Positions 1 through 9,264 of a stretch of 56,210 bases of DNA are shown here, piece by piece. The position numbers and the translations under genes were made by a program. Source of the stretch: a virus (taxonomy: Duplodnaviria; Caudoviricetes); the IMG/VR virus record IMGVR_UViG_3300020420_000018, positions 1-56,210 of that record; one strand, given 5' to 3'. The notes below the pieces were generated by a model. It saw only the letters and a list, made by a program, of their open reading frames with translations. It did not search any database and was not told the DNA's origin. Positions within the stretch are counted from its first letter, which is position 1; every line of letters begins with the position of its first letter.

Positions 1-2
1 TG

Positions 3-152
3 TTGCCTCCTAAATCAGGGCCAACACCACAAGGGTTGAATATTGATTATAATACTGTTAGAACAGTTAAGTTGGAGAAAATAAAAAATGGCAGACAAAA
101 TAGACAAGTCCCTAACTCAAGGTCCAAGGGGCTCGGTTCAAGTACCGGGTGA
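3..152 (+). CDS. 3' end of a truncated hypothetical protein (LPPKSGPTPQGL...)
   Basis: Open frame from position 3 to TGA at 150-152; start lies outside the window; overlaps the portal start. Confidence 0.45.
   Translation: MPPKSGPTPQGLNIDYNTVRTVKLEKIKNGRQNRQVPNSRSKGLGSSTG
36..64 (+). promoter_or_regulatory. Putative sigma70-type promoter for the portal operon
   Basis: TTGAAT-17 bp-TAGAAC with TG just upstream of the -10, 23 nt before the portal ATG. Confidence 0.4.
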
Positions 153-2583
153 AGAAGAAATTAGTGAAGCAGTAGAAACTTCTGTTGAAGCACAGGAACA
201 AGCACCAGGACCGGTTGAGATAGAAGAACAGGAAGACGGATCAGTAGAAATAGATTTTGATCCTAATGCAGCATCACCAGAAGGTGGTGACGAGCACTAC
301 GCAAACTTAGCAGAATTTTTACCAGACGAAATATTAAACGAATTAGGAAGTGACCTTACTGGTAAGTACAACGAGTATAATGCATCAAGAAAAGATTGGG
401 AACAATCATACACAAAAGGTTTAGATCTTTTAGGATTTAAATACGATATGCGAACAGAACCTTTTCAAGGTGCAAGTGGTGCAACACACCCAGTTCTTGC
501 AGAAGCAGTTACACAGTTTCAAGCTTTAGCTTACAAAGAATTATTACCAGCCAACGGACCAGTTAGAACACAAGTCGTTGGTGCACCTAATCAAGAAAAA
601 GCACAACAAGCAGAACGTGTCAAAGATTACATGAATTACGAGCTCATGGAAAGAATGCCTGACTATGAGCCCGACTTTGATTCAATGCTCTTTTATCTCC
701 CTCTCGCAGGTTCAGCGTTTAAAAAAGTTTATTACGATGAACTTGAACAAAGAGCAGTATCAAAGTTTGTACCGGCAGATGATTTGATTGTCCCTTATTC
801 GGCTACCTCATTAGACGATGCAGAGGCAGTCATTCACCGGTTAAAAGTTTCCAAAAACGATCTACGAAAACAACAGGTTGCAGGTTTCTATAGAGACATA
901 GAACTTGGTACACCAGGTTATGAAGAAAACGATGTAGAGAAAAAAGAAAGAGAACTTGAAGGACAAAGAAAATCTCAAGACGAAGATATTTATACTTTAT
1001 TAGAATGTCATGTTAATTTAGATTTAGAAGGTTTTGAAGATAAAGATCAACAAACAGGTGAGCCTTCAGGAATAAAAATTCCATACATTGTAACGATAGA
1101 ATTAGCTACACGAATGGTTTTATCTATTAGAAGAAATTATGAAATTGGAGATCAAACTAAAACTAAGATTCCTTATTTTACCCACTTTAAATTTTTACCT
1201 GGGTTAGGTTTCTATGGCTTCGGTCTCATCCATATGATTGGTGGTCTGTCTAGAACTGCAACAGCAGCTCTTCGTCAATTATTGGATGCGGGTACACTTT
1301 CCAACTTACCCGCAGGTTTTAAAATGCGTGGCATTAGAATTAGAGATGATGCGCAATCAATCCAACCAGGTGAGTTTAGAGATGTAGATGCACCGGGTGG
1401 AAATTTAAAAGACTCGTTTATGATGCTGCCTTTCAAAGAGCCATCAGCTACATTATTAAACTTGATGGGTATCGTAGTTAATGCAGGTCAAAGATTTGCA
1501 TCGATTGCTGATTTACAAGTTGGTGATGGTAACCAACAAGCTGCTGTTGGTACAACAGTTGCATTATTAGAACGAGGAAGCAGAACAATGTCTGCTATTC
1601 ACAAAAGAATTTACTCTGCTCTTAAACAAGAATTCAGATTATTAGCAAGAGTATTCAAGTTATATCTACCTCCGGAATATCCGTACGACGTAGTTGGGGG
1701 TCAAAGAATGATTAAACAACAAGACTTTGATGATCGAGTAGATATTGTGCCAGTTGCCGATCCCAACATCTTTTCACAAACTCAGCGTATTTCCCTCGCG
1801 CAAACAGAGTTGCAACTGGCAACATCAAATCCACAAATGCATAATATGTATGCTGCATATAGAAATATGTATGAAGCTTTGGGTGTAAAAGATATTGATA
1901 AGCTTCTTGTTAAACCACAACCACCAACACCACTTGATCCAAGTTTAGAAAACATCATGGCTTTAAGTGGTAAACCTTTTCAAGCTTTTCCAGGTCAAGA
2001 TCATAGAGCTCACATCACTTCGCATTTAAATTTTATGGCAACTAACATCGCAAGAAATAATCCAATGGTTACAGCTGCTATGGAAAAAAATATTTTTGAA
2101 CACATTAGTTTGATGGCTCAAGAACAAATTGAATTAGAGTTTAGAGACGAGTTACCACAATTACAGATGATGATGCAAAATCCACAGATGCAGATGCAGG
2201 CACAAGAGTTGCAACAAAGAATTGAATCTAGAAAAGCTGTGTTAATTGCAGAGATGATGACTGAATTCTTAAAAGAAGAAAGAGAAGTTACATCTGGTTT
2301 TGGTAATGATCCAATTGCACAGTTAAGAGCAAGAGAATTAGATCTTAGAGCTATGGATAATCAACGTAAAAAAGTTGAAGGCCAAGAAAAAATTAATCTT
2401 GATCGTATGAAGGCAATGATGAACCAACAAAGCACAGATGAAAAACTAGATCAAAATGAAAAATTAGCAAAACTAAGAGCTAATACATCAATCGAAAAAA
2501 CAATCTTGAGCAAATCTATACCAAATGTAGATAAAATGATGCCAAGTGTTGAAATAGAAAAATATGAAGGAGAAAATAGATGA
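88..2583 (+). CDS. Portal protein (podovirus/P22-like)
   Basis: 831 aa; motifs HPVLAEAVTQFQA, GSAFKKVYYD, LPGLGFYGFGLIH; coiled-coil C-terminus; first gene of the head module; SD GGAG. Confidence 0.85.
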   Translation: MADKIDKSLTQGPRGSVQVPGEEEISEAVETSVEAQEQAPGPVEIEEQEDGSVEIDFDPNAASPEGGDEHYANLAEFLPDEILNELGSDLTGKYNEYNASRKDWEQSYTKGLDLLGFKYDMRTEPFQGASGATHPVLAEAVTQFQALAYKELLPANGPVRTQVVGAPNQEKAQQAERVKDYMNYELMERMPDYEPDFDSMLFYLPLAGSAFKKVYYDELEQRAVSKFVPADDLIVPYSATSLDDAEAVIHRLKVSKNDLRKQQVAGFYRDIELGTPGYEENDVEKKERELEGQRKSQDEDIYTLLECHVNLDLEGFEDKDQQTGEPSGIKIPYIVTIELATRMVLSIRRNYEIGDQTKTKIPYFTHFKFLPGLGFYGFGLIHMIGGLSRTATAALRQLLDAGTLSNLPAGFKMRGIRIRDDAQSIQPGEFRDVDAPGGNLKDSFMMLPFKEPSATLLNLMGIVVNAGQRFASIADLQVGDGNQQAAVGTTVALLERGSRTMSAIHKRIYSALKQEFRLLARVFKLYLPPEYPYDVVGGQRMIKQQDFDDRVDIVPVADPNIFSQTQRISLAQTELQLATSNPQMHNMYAAYRNMYEALGVKDIDKLLVKPQPPTPLDPSLENIMALSGKPFQAFPGQDHRAHITSHLNFMATNIARNNPMVTAAMEKNIFEHISLMAQEQIELEFRDELPQLQMMMQNPQMQMQAQELQQRIESRKAVLIAEMMTEFLKEEREVTSGFGNDPIAQLRARELDLRAMDNQRKKVEGQEKINLDRMKAMMNQQSTDEKLDQNEKLAKLRANTSIEKTILSKSIPNVDKMMPSVEIEKYEGENR

Positions 2584-2726
2584 TGAAAAAGAAAATGAAG
2601 GTAAAGAAAAAGAAAAAATCTTTTCCAGATATGTCTGGTGACGGAAAAATCACTAAAAAAGACATTTTAATTGCAAGAGGTGTAATTAAAAAACCTAAAA
2701 ATGGAATGAAGAAGAAAAGAAAATGA
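2580..2726 (+). CDS. Basic microprotein (48 aa) with EF-hand-like loop DMSGDGKITKKD
   Basis: Hand-translated MMKKKMKVKKKKKSFPDMSGDGKITKKDILIARG...; ATGA overlap with portal stop; SD AAGGAG. Confidence 0.7.
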   Translation: MMKKKMKVKKKKKSFPDMSGDGKITKKDILIARGVIKKPKNGMKKKRK

Positions 2727-2893
2727 CAAAAGGTCAAAAAAAGGTTAAAAAGGTTATGAAAGAGTTCAAAAAAGGAACTCTTAAAATTGGTGGCTCTGAT
2801 AAAAAAGTAAAAAATCGTAAACAAGCGATTGCAATAGCTTTAAACAGAGCTGGTATAAGTAAAAATAGGAGGAACAATGGCAAAAAACGATAA
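2723..2893 (+). CDS. Basic microprotein (56 aa), DUF6496-like
   Basis: Hand-translated MTKGQKKVKKVMKEFKKGTLKIGGSDKKVKNRKQAIAIAL...; ATGA-coupled to the previous ORF. Confidence 0.7.
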   Translation: MTKGQKKVKKVMKEFKKGTLKIGGSDKKVKNRKQAIAIALNRAGISKNRRNNGKKR

Positions 2894-3071
2894 ATTTTTT
2901 GTAGAGTCTGAAGAAATAGGTATTCCATCTCAAAATATTGAGTTAGATCCTAGATCTGTAACAACTGCAGACGGTATGCCAAGAAATTACATACCAACTG
3001 GAGATGAAACAGAAGTTAGAGGAACTAAAAGAATGCTTAAGGACAAAAAGAAAACAGCTAAGTGGTACTAA
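2877..3071 (+). CDS. Hypothetical protein (64 aa)
   Basis: Strong SD AGGAGG; in operon. Confidence 0.75.
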   Translation: MAKNDKFFVESEEIGIPSQNIELDPRSVTTADGMPRNYIPTGDETEVRGTKRMLKDKKKTAKWY

Positions 3072-3072
3072 C

Positions 3073-3459
3073 ATGTGGTTGTCGGCAATTAAATTAGCCG
3101 TCTCTGCAGGAAGTAAAATTTATGCTAATAAGCAGAGAACGAAGATGGCAATGTCGGATGCACAACTAATGCATGCACAAAAGATGGCCCAAGGTGAGGA
3201 AGCTTACCAGGGTAAATTGTTAGAAGCTCGTCAATCGGATTGGAAGGACGAGGCAGTTTTGATAATTTTGTCGTTGCCTGTACTGGTGCTTGCTTGGGCA
3301 GTCATATCGGATGATCCGACTGCTATGGACAAAGTAAAATTATTCTTCGAAATGTTCTCGCAGCTGCCGGCCTGGTTTACAAATTTATGGATCCTTGTCG
3401 TGGCGAGCATTTATGGTATAAAGGGTACACAAATATTTAGAAACGGAGGTAAAAAATAA
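3073..3459 (+). CDS. Holin-like membrane protein (3TM GTA-holin-like)
   Basis: Likely start MWLSAIK at 3073; SDWKDE followed by a hydrophobic helix, and LWILVVASIYGIKG TM with a basic tail. Confidence 0.6.
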   Translation: MWLSAIKLAVSAGSKIYANKQRTKMAMSDAQLMHAQKMAQGEEAYQGKLLEARQSDWKDEAVLIILSLPVLVLAWAVISDDPTAMDKVKLFFEMFSQLPAWFTNLWILVVASIYGIKGTQIFRNGGKK

Positions 3460-3809
3460 TGGCAAATAGATACTTTAATAAACAAGTGGCACAACCAAGA
3501 ATGGCTTTAAAAGCTGGTGGACGTGCAATGAAAATGGGTGGCGGAAAAATGATTTCCGGCAAACAAAGAAAAGATGAAGAGTCTGGTTTTTATTCACCTG
3601 ATATGGGAATGAGAGGCGGAACAATGATGAAAAAAGGTGGTTCTGTGAAAAAGAAAAAAATGAAACAAGGTTACAAAGATAGAAAAGATGAATCTATCGC
3701 AATGAGAATCAAAAAGAAAAGAACTAAGAAGCAATTAAAAGCTTCTAGAGATGAGTCTTACGGTAAGTTTGGTTCTAAGATGAAGAAAAAAGGCAAGATC
3801 AATAGATAA
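3459..3809 (+). CDS. Highly basic K/M/G-rich protein
   Basis: 116 aa, repeated xxGG motifs, TAATG coupling, SD GGAGG. Confidence 0.75.
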   Translation: MANRYFNKQVAQPRMALKAGGRAMKMGGGKMISGKQRKDEESGFYSPDMGMRGGTMMKKGGSVKKKKMKQGYKDRKDESIAMRIKKKRTKKQLKASRDESYGKFGSKMKKKGKINR

Positions 3810-3946
3810 TGTCTAGTAAAAAAAATCTTCAAAAAATGTTGAAGATGCTTCAACAGAAGAAGAAAAAAAAGAAACCTGCAAAGCCTTCTGCACGTTTGGA
3901 GGCTTTGAGAGGAAAAAAATTTTTTAGACGTGGAGGTAAAGCATAA
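3809..3946 (+). CDS. Basic microprotein (45 aa)
   Basis: Hand-translated MSSKKNLQKMLKMLQQKKKKKKP...FRRGGKA; TAATG-coupled at both ends. Confidence 0.65.
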   Translation: MSSKKNLQKMLKMLQQKKKKKKPAKPSARLEALRGKKFFRRGGKA

Positions 3947-4080
3947 TGGCAGGTCCAGGTTTATACGCTAACATCCATGCTAAAAGAAAACGTGGTGGTA
4001 AGATGCGAAAAAAAGGTGCAAAGGGTGCACCAAAAGCATCTGACTTTAAAAGAGCAAAACAAACGGTGAGAAAAAAATAA
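3946..4080 (+). CDS. Basic microprotein (44 aa, GLYANIHAKRKR)
   Basis: Hand-translated MAGPGLYANIHAKRKRGGKMRKKGAKGAP...; SD GGAGG; TAATG-coupled. Confidence 0.75.
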   Translation: MAGPGLYANIHAKRKRGGKMRKKGAKGAPKASDFKRAKQTVRKK

Positions 4081-4346
4081 TGACTAAACTATGTCCTAGA
4101 GGAAAATCGGCAGCGAAGCGTAAATTTAAAGTTTACCCCAGTGCATACGCGAATGCATACGCCAGTAAAATTTGTGCAGGTAAAATTAAAGATCCCTCTG
4201 GTGTAAAGAGAAAAGATTTTAAAGGACGTAAACCAGCAGCTGGTGGTGGAGCTATGACTACAAGATCTTTTTATGGTAAAGGTGCTGTAGCCAAAGGCTG
4301 TGGTGCAATCATGAGTGATAAAAAGAAATTAACAAGGATGGTCTAA
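4080..4346 (+). CDS. Basic hypothetical protein (AAKRKFKVYPSAYAN motif)
   Basis: 88 aa ORF, TAATG-coupled. Confidence 0.75.
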   Translation: MTKLCPRGKSAAKRKFKVYPSAYANAYASKICAGKIKDPSGVKRKDFKGRKPAAGGGAMTTRSFYGKGAVAKGCGAIMSDKKKLTRMV

Positions 4347-4762
4347 TGGCCAAAAACGGTCTTGATAAATGGTTCAAACAAAAATGGGTAGACATTGGTT
4401 CGAAAAAAAAGGATGGTTCATTCGCAAAATGTGGCCGTTCAAAACAGAAAGCCGATGCGAAACGAAAGTATCCAAAATGCGTCCCACTTGCAAAAGCCAC
4501 ACGGATGAGCGACTCGCAAAGGGCGAGTGCTGTCAAACGAAAGAGAGCAGTAGCTCAAGGTGTGGGCGGTAAACCAACCAACGTCAAAACATTTGTAAAG
4601 AGAACTAAGAAAGCAGATGGTGGAGATGCAATGGTTAGACAAGCACAAAAAAATTATATTGGAAGTTATGTATCTGGAGATCTAGGAGGAGTAAAAGTAG
4701 GAAATAAATCTTACGCAAAATATTATTCTAACCCTGGTTTCAGAATGCCAAAAATATCATAA
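4346..4762 (+). CDS. Basic hypothetical protein (LDKWFKQKWVDI...YPKCVP)
   Basis: 138 aa ORF, TAATG-coupled. Confidence 0.75.
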   Translation: MAKNGLDKWFKQKWVDIGSKKKDGSFAKCGRSKQKADAKRKYPKCVPLAKATRMSDSQRASAVKRKRAVAQGVGGKPTNVKTFVKRTKKADGGDAMVRQAQKNYIGSYVSGDLGGVKVGNKSYAKYYSNPGFRMPKIS

Positions 4763-5043
4763 TGAGAACTCAAGATAAAATGCCGGCGAGAAATAAAAAA
4801 AATTTTCGTCCTACTAAAAAAGGTGCCGGAATGACAAAGGCTGGTGTAGCCGCTTATAGAAGAGCTAACCCAGGTTCAAAATTAAAAACAGCAGTAACAG
4901 GTAAAGTAAAACCGGGATCTAAAGATGCTAAAAGAAGAAAGAGCTTCTGCGCTCGTAGTGCAGGGCAAATGAAAAAATTTCCAAAGGCTGCTAAAGATCC
5001 TAACTCTAGACTACGTCAAGCTAGAAGGAGATGGAAATGTTAA
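4762..5043 (+). CDS. Basic protein, DUF6321-like (RRKSFCARSAG...RRWKC)
   Basis: 93 aa; recognisable marine-phage basic protein motif; TAATG-coupled. Confidence 0.7.
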   Translation: MRTQDKMPARNKKNFRPTKKGAGMTKAGVAAYRRANPGSKLKTAVTGKVKPGSKDAKRRKSFCARSAGQMKKFPKAAKDPNSRLRQARRRWKC

Positions 5044-5150
5044 TAGACTTTTTTAAAAAAATATTAGGATTAGACAAAATAGATTATAGAATTAGACAAT
5101 TAGAAAGAGCAAAATATTGGAAGGAGAAATATGAAAAAAGCAAAAGCTAA
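5037..5150 (+). CDS. Microprotein (37 aa)
   Basis: Hand-translated MLIDFFKKILGLDKIDYRIRQLERAKYWKEKYEKSKS; SD AAGGAG upstream; fills the operon gap. Confidence 0.55.
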   Translation: MLIDFFKKILGLDKIDYRIRQLERAKYWKEKYEKSKS

Positions 5151-5268
5151 AATAAAAAAAGTTGTTAAAGCTTTAAAAAAAGCTTCAAGAGCACACGCAG
5201 GTCAAGCAAAAGTATTGAAAGGAGTTATTAGTGGCGGATCCAAAAAAAGGAACGGGAAAAAAACCTAA
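5131..5268 (+). CDS. Basic microprotein (45 aa)
   Basis: Hand-translated MKKAKAKIKKVVKALKKASRAHAGQAKVLKG...; SD AAGGAG. Confidence 0.65.
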   Translation: MKKAKAKIKKVVKALKKASRAHAGQAKVLKGVISGGSKKRNGKKT

Positions 5269-5512
5269 AGGCAGTGGTAGAAGGCTTTACACTGATGAAA
5301 ACCCAAAAGACACTGTTGGAATTAAATTCAAAACGCCAACGGACGCGAGGAAAACTGTTGCGAAAGTTAAAAAAATCTCTAAACCGTTTGCTAGGAAAAT
5401 ACAAATTCTAACTGTTGGTGAACAGCGAGCCAAAGTTATGGGTAAATCAAAAGTCGCTGCAATTTTTAAGAAAGGCAAAGATGCTATCAGAAGAACTCGT
5501 AGTAATAAGTAG
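5231..5512 (+). CDS. Basic hypothetical protein (GRRLYTDENPKDTV)
   Basis: GTG start with SD AAGGAG; 93 aa. Confidence 0.75.
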   Translation: MADPKKGTGKKPKGSGRRLYTDENPKDTVGIKFKTPTDARKTVAKVKKISKPFARKIQILTVGEQRAKVMGKSKVAAIFKKGKDAIRRTRSNK

Positions 5513-5717
5513 ATTACAAAAAATATTAAAAGATGAATACCAAAACATCGGAGAAAGTATGATGTCTGGTACAGTTGACAATATGGAAAAATATAAGTAT
5601 ATGCTAGGACAAGCACATACGTGTTTAAAAATTTTACAGGAAATCTCTAACCTGCTAAATGAAAAGGAGCAAAAAGATGAAAAAGGAACAGTCATCAAAC
5701 TCGACACCAAAAGTTAA
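5481..5717 (+). CDS. Hypothetical helical protein
   Basis: Probable start MLSEEL at 5481 after GAAAGG; upstream of the GroES-like gene. Confidence 0.65.
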   Translation: MLSEELVVISRLQKILKDEYQNIGESMMSGTVDNMEKYKYMLGQAHTCLKILQEISNLLNEKEQKDEKGTVIKLDTKS

Positions 5718-6141
5718 ATACGCTTTGGCAGAAAAGTATGACAAAGAAAATAAAGATAAGAATCAAAAAGAAGTTGACGCTTACGAGCGTTTAAAAACTA
5801 AAGAATCTGAAAAGCTACCAAGACCAACTGGGTGGCGTATGTTAATTTTACCATTTAAGATGAAAGAAAAATCTAAGGGTGGAATTATTTTTGGACAAGA
5901 AACTTTAGAAAAACAACAAGTTGGTTCTACGTGTGGACTTGTGTTAGCACAAGGTCCAGATTGTTATAATGACAAAAATAGATATCCAGAGGGTCCTTGG
6001 TGTAAAACAGGAGACTGGGTTTTATTTGCTCGTTATGCAGGATCAAGAATTCAAATTGACGGGGGTGAAGTACGTTTGCTAAATGACGATGAAGTATTAG
6101 CTACTATAGATAACCCCGAAGATATACTTCATCAATACTAA
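5677..6141 (+). CDS. groES: GroES-like co-chaperonin with N-terminal extension
   Basis: PTGWRMLI, SKGGII, GDWVLFARYAG, RLLNDDEVLA are Cpn10 hallmarks; SD AAGGAG before ATG 5677. Confidence 0.85.
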   Translation: MKKEQSSNSTPKVKYALAEKYDKENKDKNQKEVDAYERLKTKESEKLPRPTGWRMLILPFKMKEKSKGGIIFGQETLEKQQVGSTCGLVLAQGPDCYNDKNRYPEGPWCKTGDWVLFARYAGSRIQIDGGEVRLLNDDEVLATIDNPEDILHQY

Positions 6142-6159
6142 TCATAGAAGGAGAAAACT

Positions 6160-7137
6160 ATGCCAGATACAGACGATCTGAAAAAAACAGTTGACCTCGA
6201 TATTTCCGGTCCAGCGATGGACGTCGATGTACCTGAAACACAAGAGGAAGAAATAATAGAACAGAAAGAATCTGCAGGTGAAGAACCGGCAGTAAGACCT
6301 GTGGTTGAAGAAAAGCCAGAGGTTAAAACAGAAAGTGTAACTGAAGAAAAGAAAGACGATACAGAATTAGAACAATATAGTGATAGCGTTCAAAAAAGAA
6401 TTGCTAAGTTAACAAAAAAATGGAGAGAAGCTGAACGACAAAAAGATGAAGCTTTAACTTATGCTCAAACTGTTTTAAAAAAACAAAAAGATGCAGAGAG
6501 TAAACTTTCCAAACTGCAACCAGATTTTGTTGCTGTCACAGAAGAAAGTATCACATCAGGTGTAGCAGCTGCGCAAGCTAAACTTGCAGCCGCTAGAGAA
6601 GCAAATGATCTAACAGCTGAAGCAGAAGCTTTAGCCTCTATATCTGAGTTAGGATATAAAAAAGCTAAATTGGCTGAAACTAAAATAGCCCAGGAAGCTT
6701 ATGAAAAACAACAATCGGAGAAAAAACCTGAAGTTAATTTAAATAGACAAACAGCAGCTAGAGGAACTCCAGATCCAAAAGCCGAAGCATGGAGTGAGAA
6801 AAACTCTTGGTTTGGACAGGATACTGCAATGACTTATACTGCATTTGATCTACATCAAAAATTAACAAATGAAGGTTTTGATCCATCAAGTGACGAATAT
6901 TATTCGGAAATAGATAAGAGAATAAGACTTGAATTTCCGCATAAGTTTGGTAATAATAGCGATACGGCTGAAAAAGAAACGACCAAGCCAGTACAGACAG
7001 TAGCTTCAGCGAAGCGAAGTACAAGATCAGGTCGCAAAACTGTGAGGCTCACACCATCGCAGGTAGCAATCGCTAAAAAATTAGGTGTGCCACTTGAAGA
7101 ATATGCGAAACAATTAAATATCACGAAGGAGGCTTAA
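6160..7137 (+). CDS. Capsid scaffolding protein (putative)
   Basis: Acidic N-terminus, long coiled coil, C-terminal LTPSQVAIAKKLGVPLEEYAK helix; upstream of capsid genes. Confidence 0.7.
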   Translation: MPDTDDLKKTVDLDISGPAMDVDVPETQEEEIIEQKESAGEEPAVRPVVEEKPEVKTESVTEEKKDDTELEQYSDSVQKRIAKLTKKWREAERQKDEALTYAQTVLKKQKDAESKLSKLQPDFVAVTEESITSGVAAAQAKLAAAREANDLTAEAEALASISELGYKKAKLAETKIAQEAYEKQQSEKKPEVNLNRQTAARGTPDPKAEAWSEKNSWFGQDTAMTYTAFDLHQKLTNEGFDPSSDEYYSEIDKRIRLEFPHKFGNNSDTAEKETTKPVQTVASAKRSTRSGRKTVRLTPSQVAIAKKLGVPLEEYAKQLNITKEA

Positions 7138-7141
7138 GCAT

Positions 7142-7606
7142 ATGGAAAATAATAATGAAAAGAAAACCTCTCGTGCGAGTCAGACTAGAGAAAAAACAGC
7201 TCAGAAAAAAGTCTGGACTCCACCATCAGCATTAGATGCGCCCCCTGCGCCTACAGGTTTTAGGCACAGATGGATAAGAGTTGAATCCTTAGGATTCCAA
7301 GACACTAAAAACGTCGCTGGAAGAATAAGATCAGGATACGAATTAGTGAGAGCTGACGAATATCCAGATTCAGACTTTCCAATTGTAGAGGACGGAAAAT
7401 ATAAGGGGACAATCGGTGTTGGCGGCCTAGTGCTCGCTAGGGTACCAGAAGAGATCGCGCAACAAAGACAAGAGTACTATGCTAAACAGCATGCGGAAAA
7501 AGTCGAAGCAGCAGATAACGATCTTATGAAGGAAGAGCACCCAAGCATGCCTATCAATATTGATAGACAATCGCGTGTTACTTTTGGTGGCTCAAAGAAA
7601 TCCTAA
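7142..7606 (+). CDS. Conserved head-module hypothetical protein
   Basis: 154 aa with WTPPSALDAPPAP; between scaffold and capsid genes. Confidence 0.75.
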   Translation: MENNNEKKTSRASQTREKTAQKKVWTPPSALDAPPAPTGFRHRWIRVESLGFQDTKNVAGRIRSGYELVRADEYPDSDFPIVEDGKYKGTIGVGGLVLARVPEEIAQQRQEYYAKQHAEKVEAADNDLMKEEHPSMPINIDRQSRVTFGGSKKS

Positions 7607-7642
7607 TTAGGAATTCACAAACCATCGAGATAACATAAACCC

Positions 7643-7669
7643 GTACTGGAGGCCCGCAAGGGCAGGTAC
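7643..7669 (+). promoter_or_regulatory. GNRA-capped RNA hairpin in the 5' UTR
   Basis: GTACT..GCCC-GCAA-GGGC.GGTAC immediately before SD AAGGAGG. Confidence 0.5.
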
Positions 7670-7687
7670 AACTATAAGGAGGCCTCT

Positions 7688-8272
7688 ATGGCAAAAACTA
7701 ACAAAGACGCTGCCTTTGGCTTAAGAGCTATCGGCAAAGTTGGTCAGAATAGAGACAACCAGGGTTTAGGGGAGTATAGTATATCATCTGGTGATACTAC
7801 TAAAATCTTCTTCCAAGATGCGGTTTCAGCGACAGCAGCAGGTACAATTCACCAAGCTGCAGCTTCTGAAGCTTTCCTTCTTGGATCACTCAATGGTGTC
7901 TTTTACACTGATCCAACAACTGAGAAGCCAACGTTCGCTAATCACTATGTAGGTTCAATCGCTGCAAGTGATATTAAAGCTTTCGTGGCTGACGACCCGT
8001 ATGAAAGATTCGAGATTCAATCGAACAAAGCTACTGCGCACGCGCAGTCAGATGTGTTCAATAATTTCGACATCGAAGTAACGGCTGGAAATGCTGCTAA
8101 CAATGTTTCTAAATCGGAACTAAACCACAGCACAGCTACTACTGGTACGGCTCAACTAAAAGTAACAGGTATCTCAACTGATGTAGAGAACAGTACAATT
8201 GGCGCTGCCAACTTGAACTTTGTTGTCATGATCAATGAGCACCTGTATAACGCTAAAAATAACGGTATATAA
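7688..8272 (+). CDS. Virion structural protein (capsid decoration/cement-like)
   Basis: 194 aa, A/T/G-rich, directly upstream of the MCP. Confidence 0.6.
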   Translation: MAKTNKDAAFGLRAIGKVGQNRDNQGLGEYSISSGDTTKIFFQDAVSATAAGTIHQAAASEAFLLGSLNGVFYTDPTTEKPTFANHYVGSIAASDIKAFVADDPYERFEIQSNKATAHAQSDVFNNFDIEVTAGNAANNVSKSELNHSTATTGTAQLKVTGISTDVENSTIGAANLNFVVMINEHLYNAKNNGI

Positions 8273-8294
8273 TAGTTAGAATAGGAGAAAAAAC

Positions 8295-9206
8295 ATGGCT
8301 ATATCACGAGGACAACTAGTTAAGGAACTAGAACCAGGCCTGAATGCACTATTCGGACTGGAATACAAACGTTATGAGAATCAGCATGCTGAGATATACG
8401 TAACAGAAACTTCAGACAGAGCGTTTGAAGAAGAAGTTATGTTATCTGGTTTTGCAAATGCTGCAGTTAAACCGGAAGGTTCTGGCGTAGTTTTTGACAA
8501 TGCTCAAGAAACTTACACAGCTAGATACACTATGGAAACTGTTGCACTAGCGTTCGCGATCACTGAAGAAGCGATCGAGGACAACTTGTATGATAGACTT
8601 GCGTCTAGATATACAAAAGCATTAGCTAGATCCATGGCGAATACTAAACAAATCAAATCAGTGGATCCGCTTATTCAAGGTTTACCAACTACGAATAATT
8701 TTGATTCAGGTGATGGTGTTTCTTTATTTAACACTGCTCACCCAACAATCGCGGGCACTGTATCAAACACGTTAGCGGTACAAGCTGACTTGAATGAAAC
8801 TTCATTAGAGCAATCATTAATCGATATTGCTGCACTTACAGACGAAAGAGGTCTAAAAATTGCTGCAAGAGGTGTTAAAATGATCGTTCCAAGTGAACTT
8901 CAATTCACTGCTGAAAGACTGATGAAGTCTCAAGGTAGAACGTCAACTGCTGATAATGACATTAACGCAATTGCGTCAATGGGAATGGTTCCACAAGGTT
9001 ACAGAGTTAATAACTTTTTAACTGACACGGATGCGTTCTACATTATCACTGATGTACCTAACGGTATGAAGTATTTCGAAAGAACTCCAATCAGAACAGC
9101 GATGGAAGGTGATTTCGATACTGGAAACGTAAGATACAAAGCTAGAGAAAGATACAGATTTGGTGTATCTGACTACAGAGGTATCTTTGGTGTTGAAGGT
9201 TCATAA
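8295..9206 (+). CDS. Major capsid protein
   Basis: MAISRGQLVKELEPGLNALFG...GDFDTGNVRYKARERY, recognisable abundant marine HK97-fold capsid family; SD AGGAG. Confidence 0.9.
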   Translation: MAISRGQLVKELEPGLNALFGLEYKRYENQHAEIYVTETSDRAFEEEVMLSGFANAAVKPEGSGVVFDNAQETYTARYTMETVALAFAITEEAIEDNLYDRLASRYTKALARSMANTKQIKSVDPLIQGLPTTNNFDSGDGVSLFNTAHPTIAGTVSNTLAVQADLNETSLEQSLIDIAALTDERGLKIAARGVKMIVPSELQFTAERLMKSQGRTSTADNDINAIASMGMVPQGYRVNNFLTDTDAFYIITDVPNGMKYFERTPIRTAMEGDFDTGNVRYKARERYRFGVSDYRGIFGVEGS

Positions 9207-9219
9207 TACTTAAGAAATT

Positions 9220-9244
9220 TGAGGCGGGACACAATCCCGCCTCA
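9220..9244 (+). terminator. Stem-loop after the MCP (terminator or stabiliser)
   Basis: TGAGGCGGGA-cacaa-TCCCGCCTCA perfect 10-bp stem; weak U tract. Confidence 0.7.
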
Positions 9245-9264
9245 TTCTACAGATAGAAAGAATA

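Noticed and set aside
2516-2928. Phe-rich minus-strand ORFs that look like membrane proteins
   Set aside because: Mirror of poly-Lys codons in the coupled plus-strand microproteins
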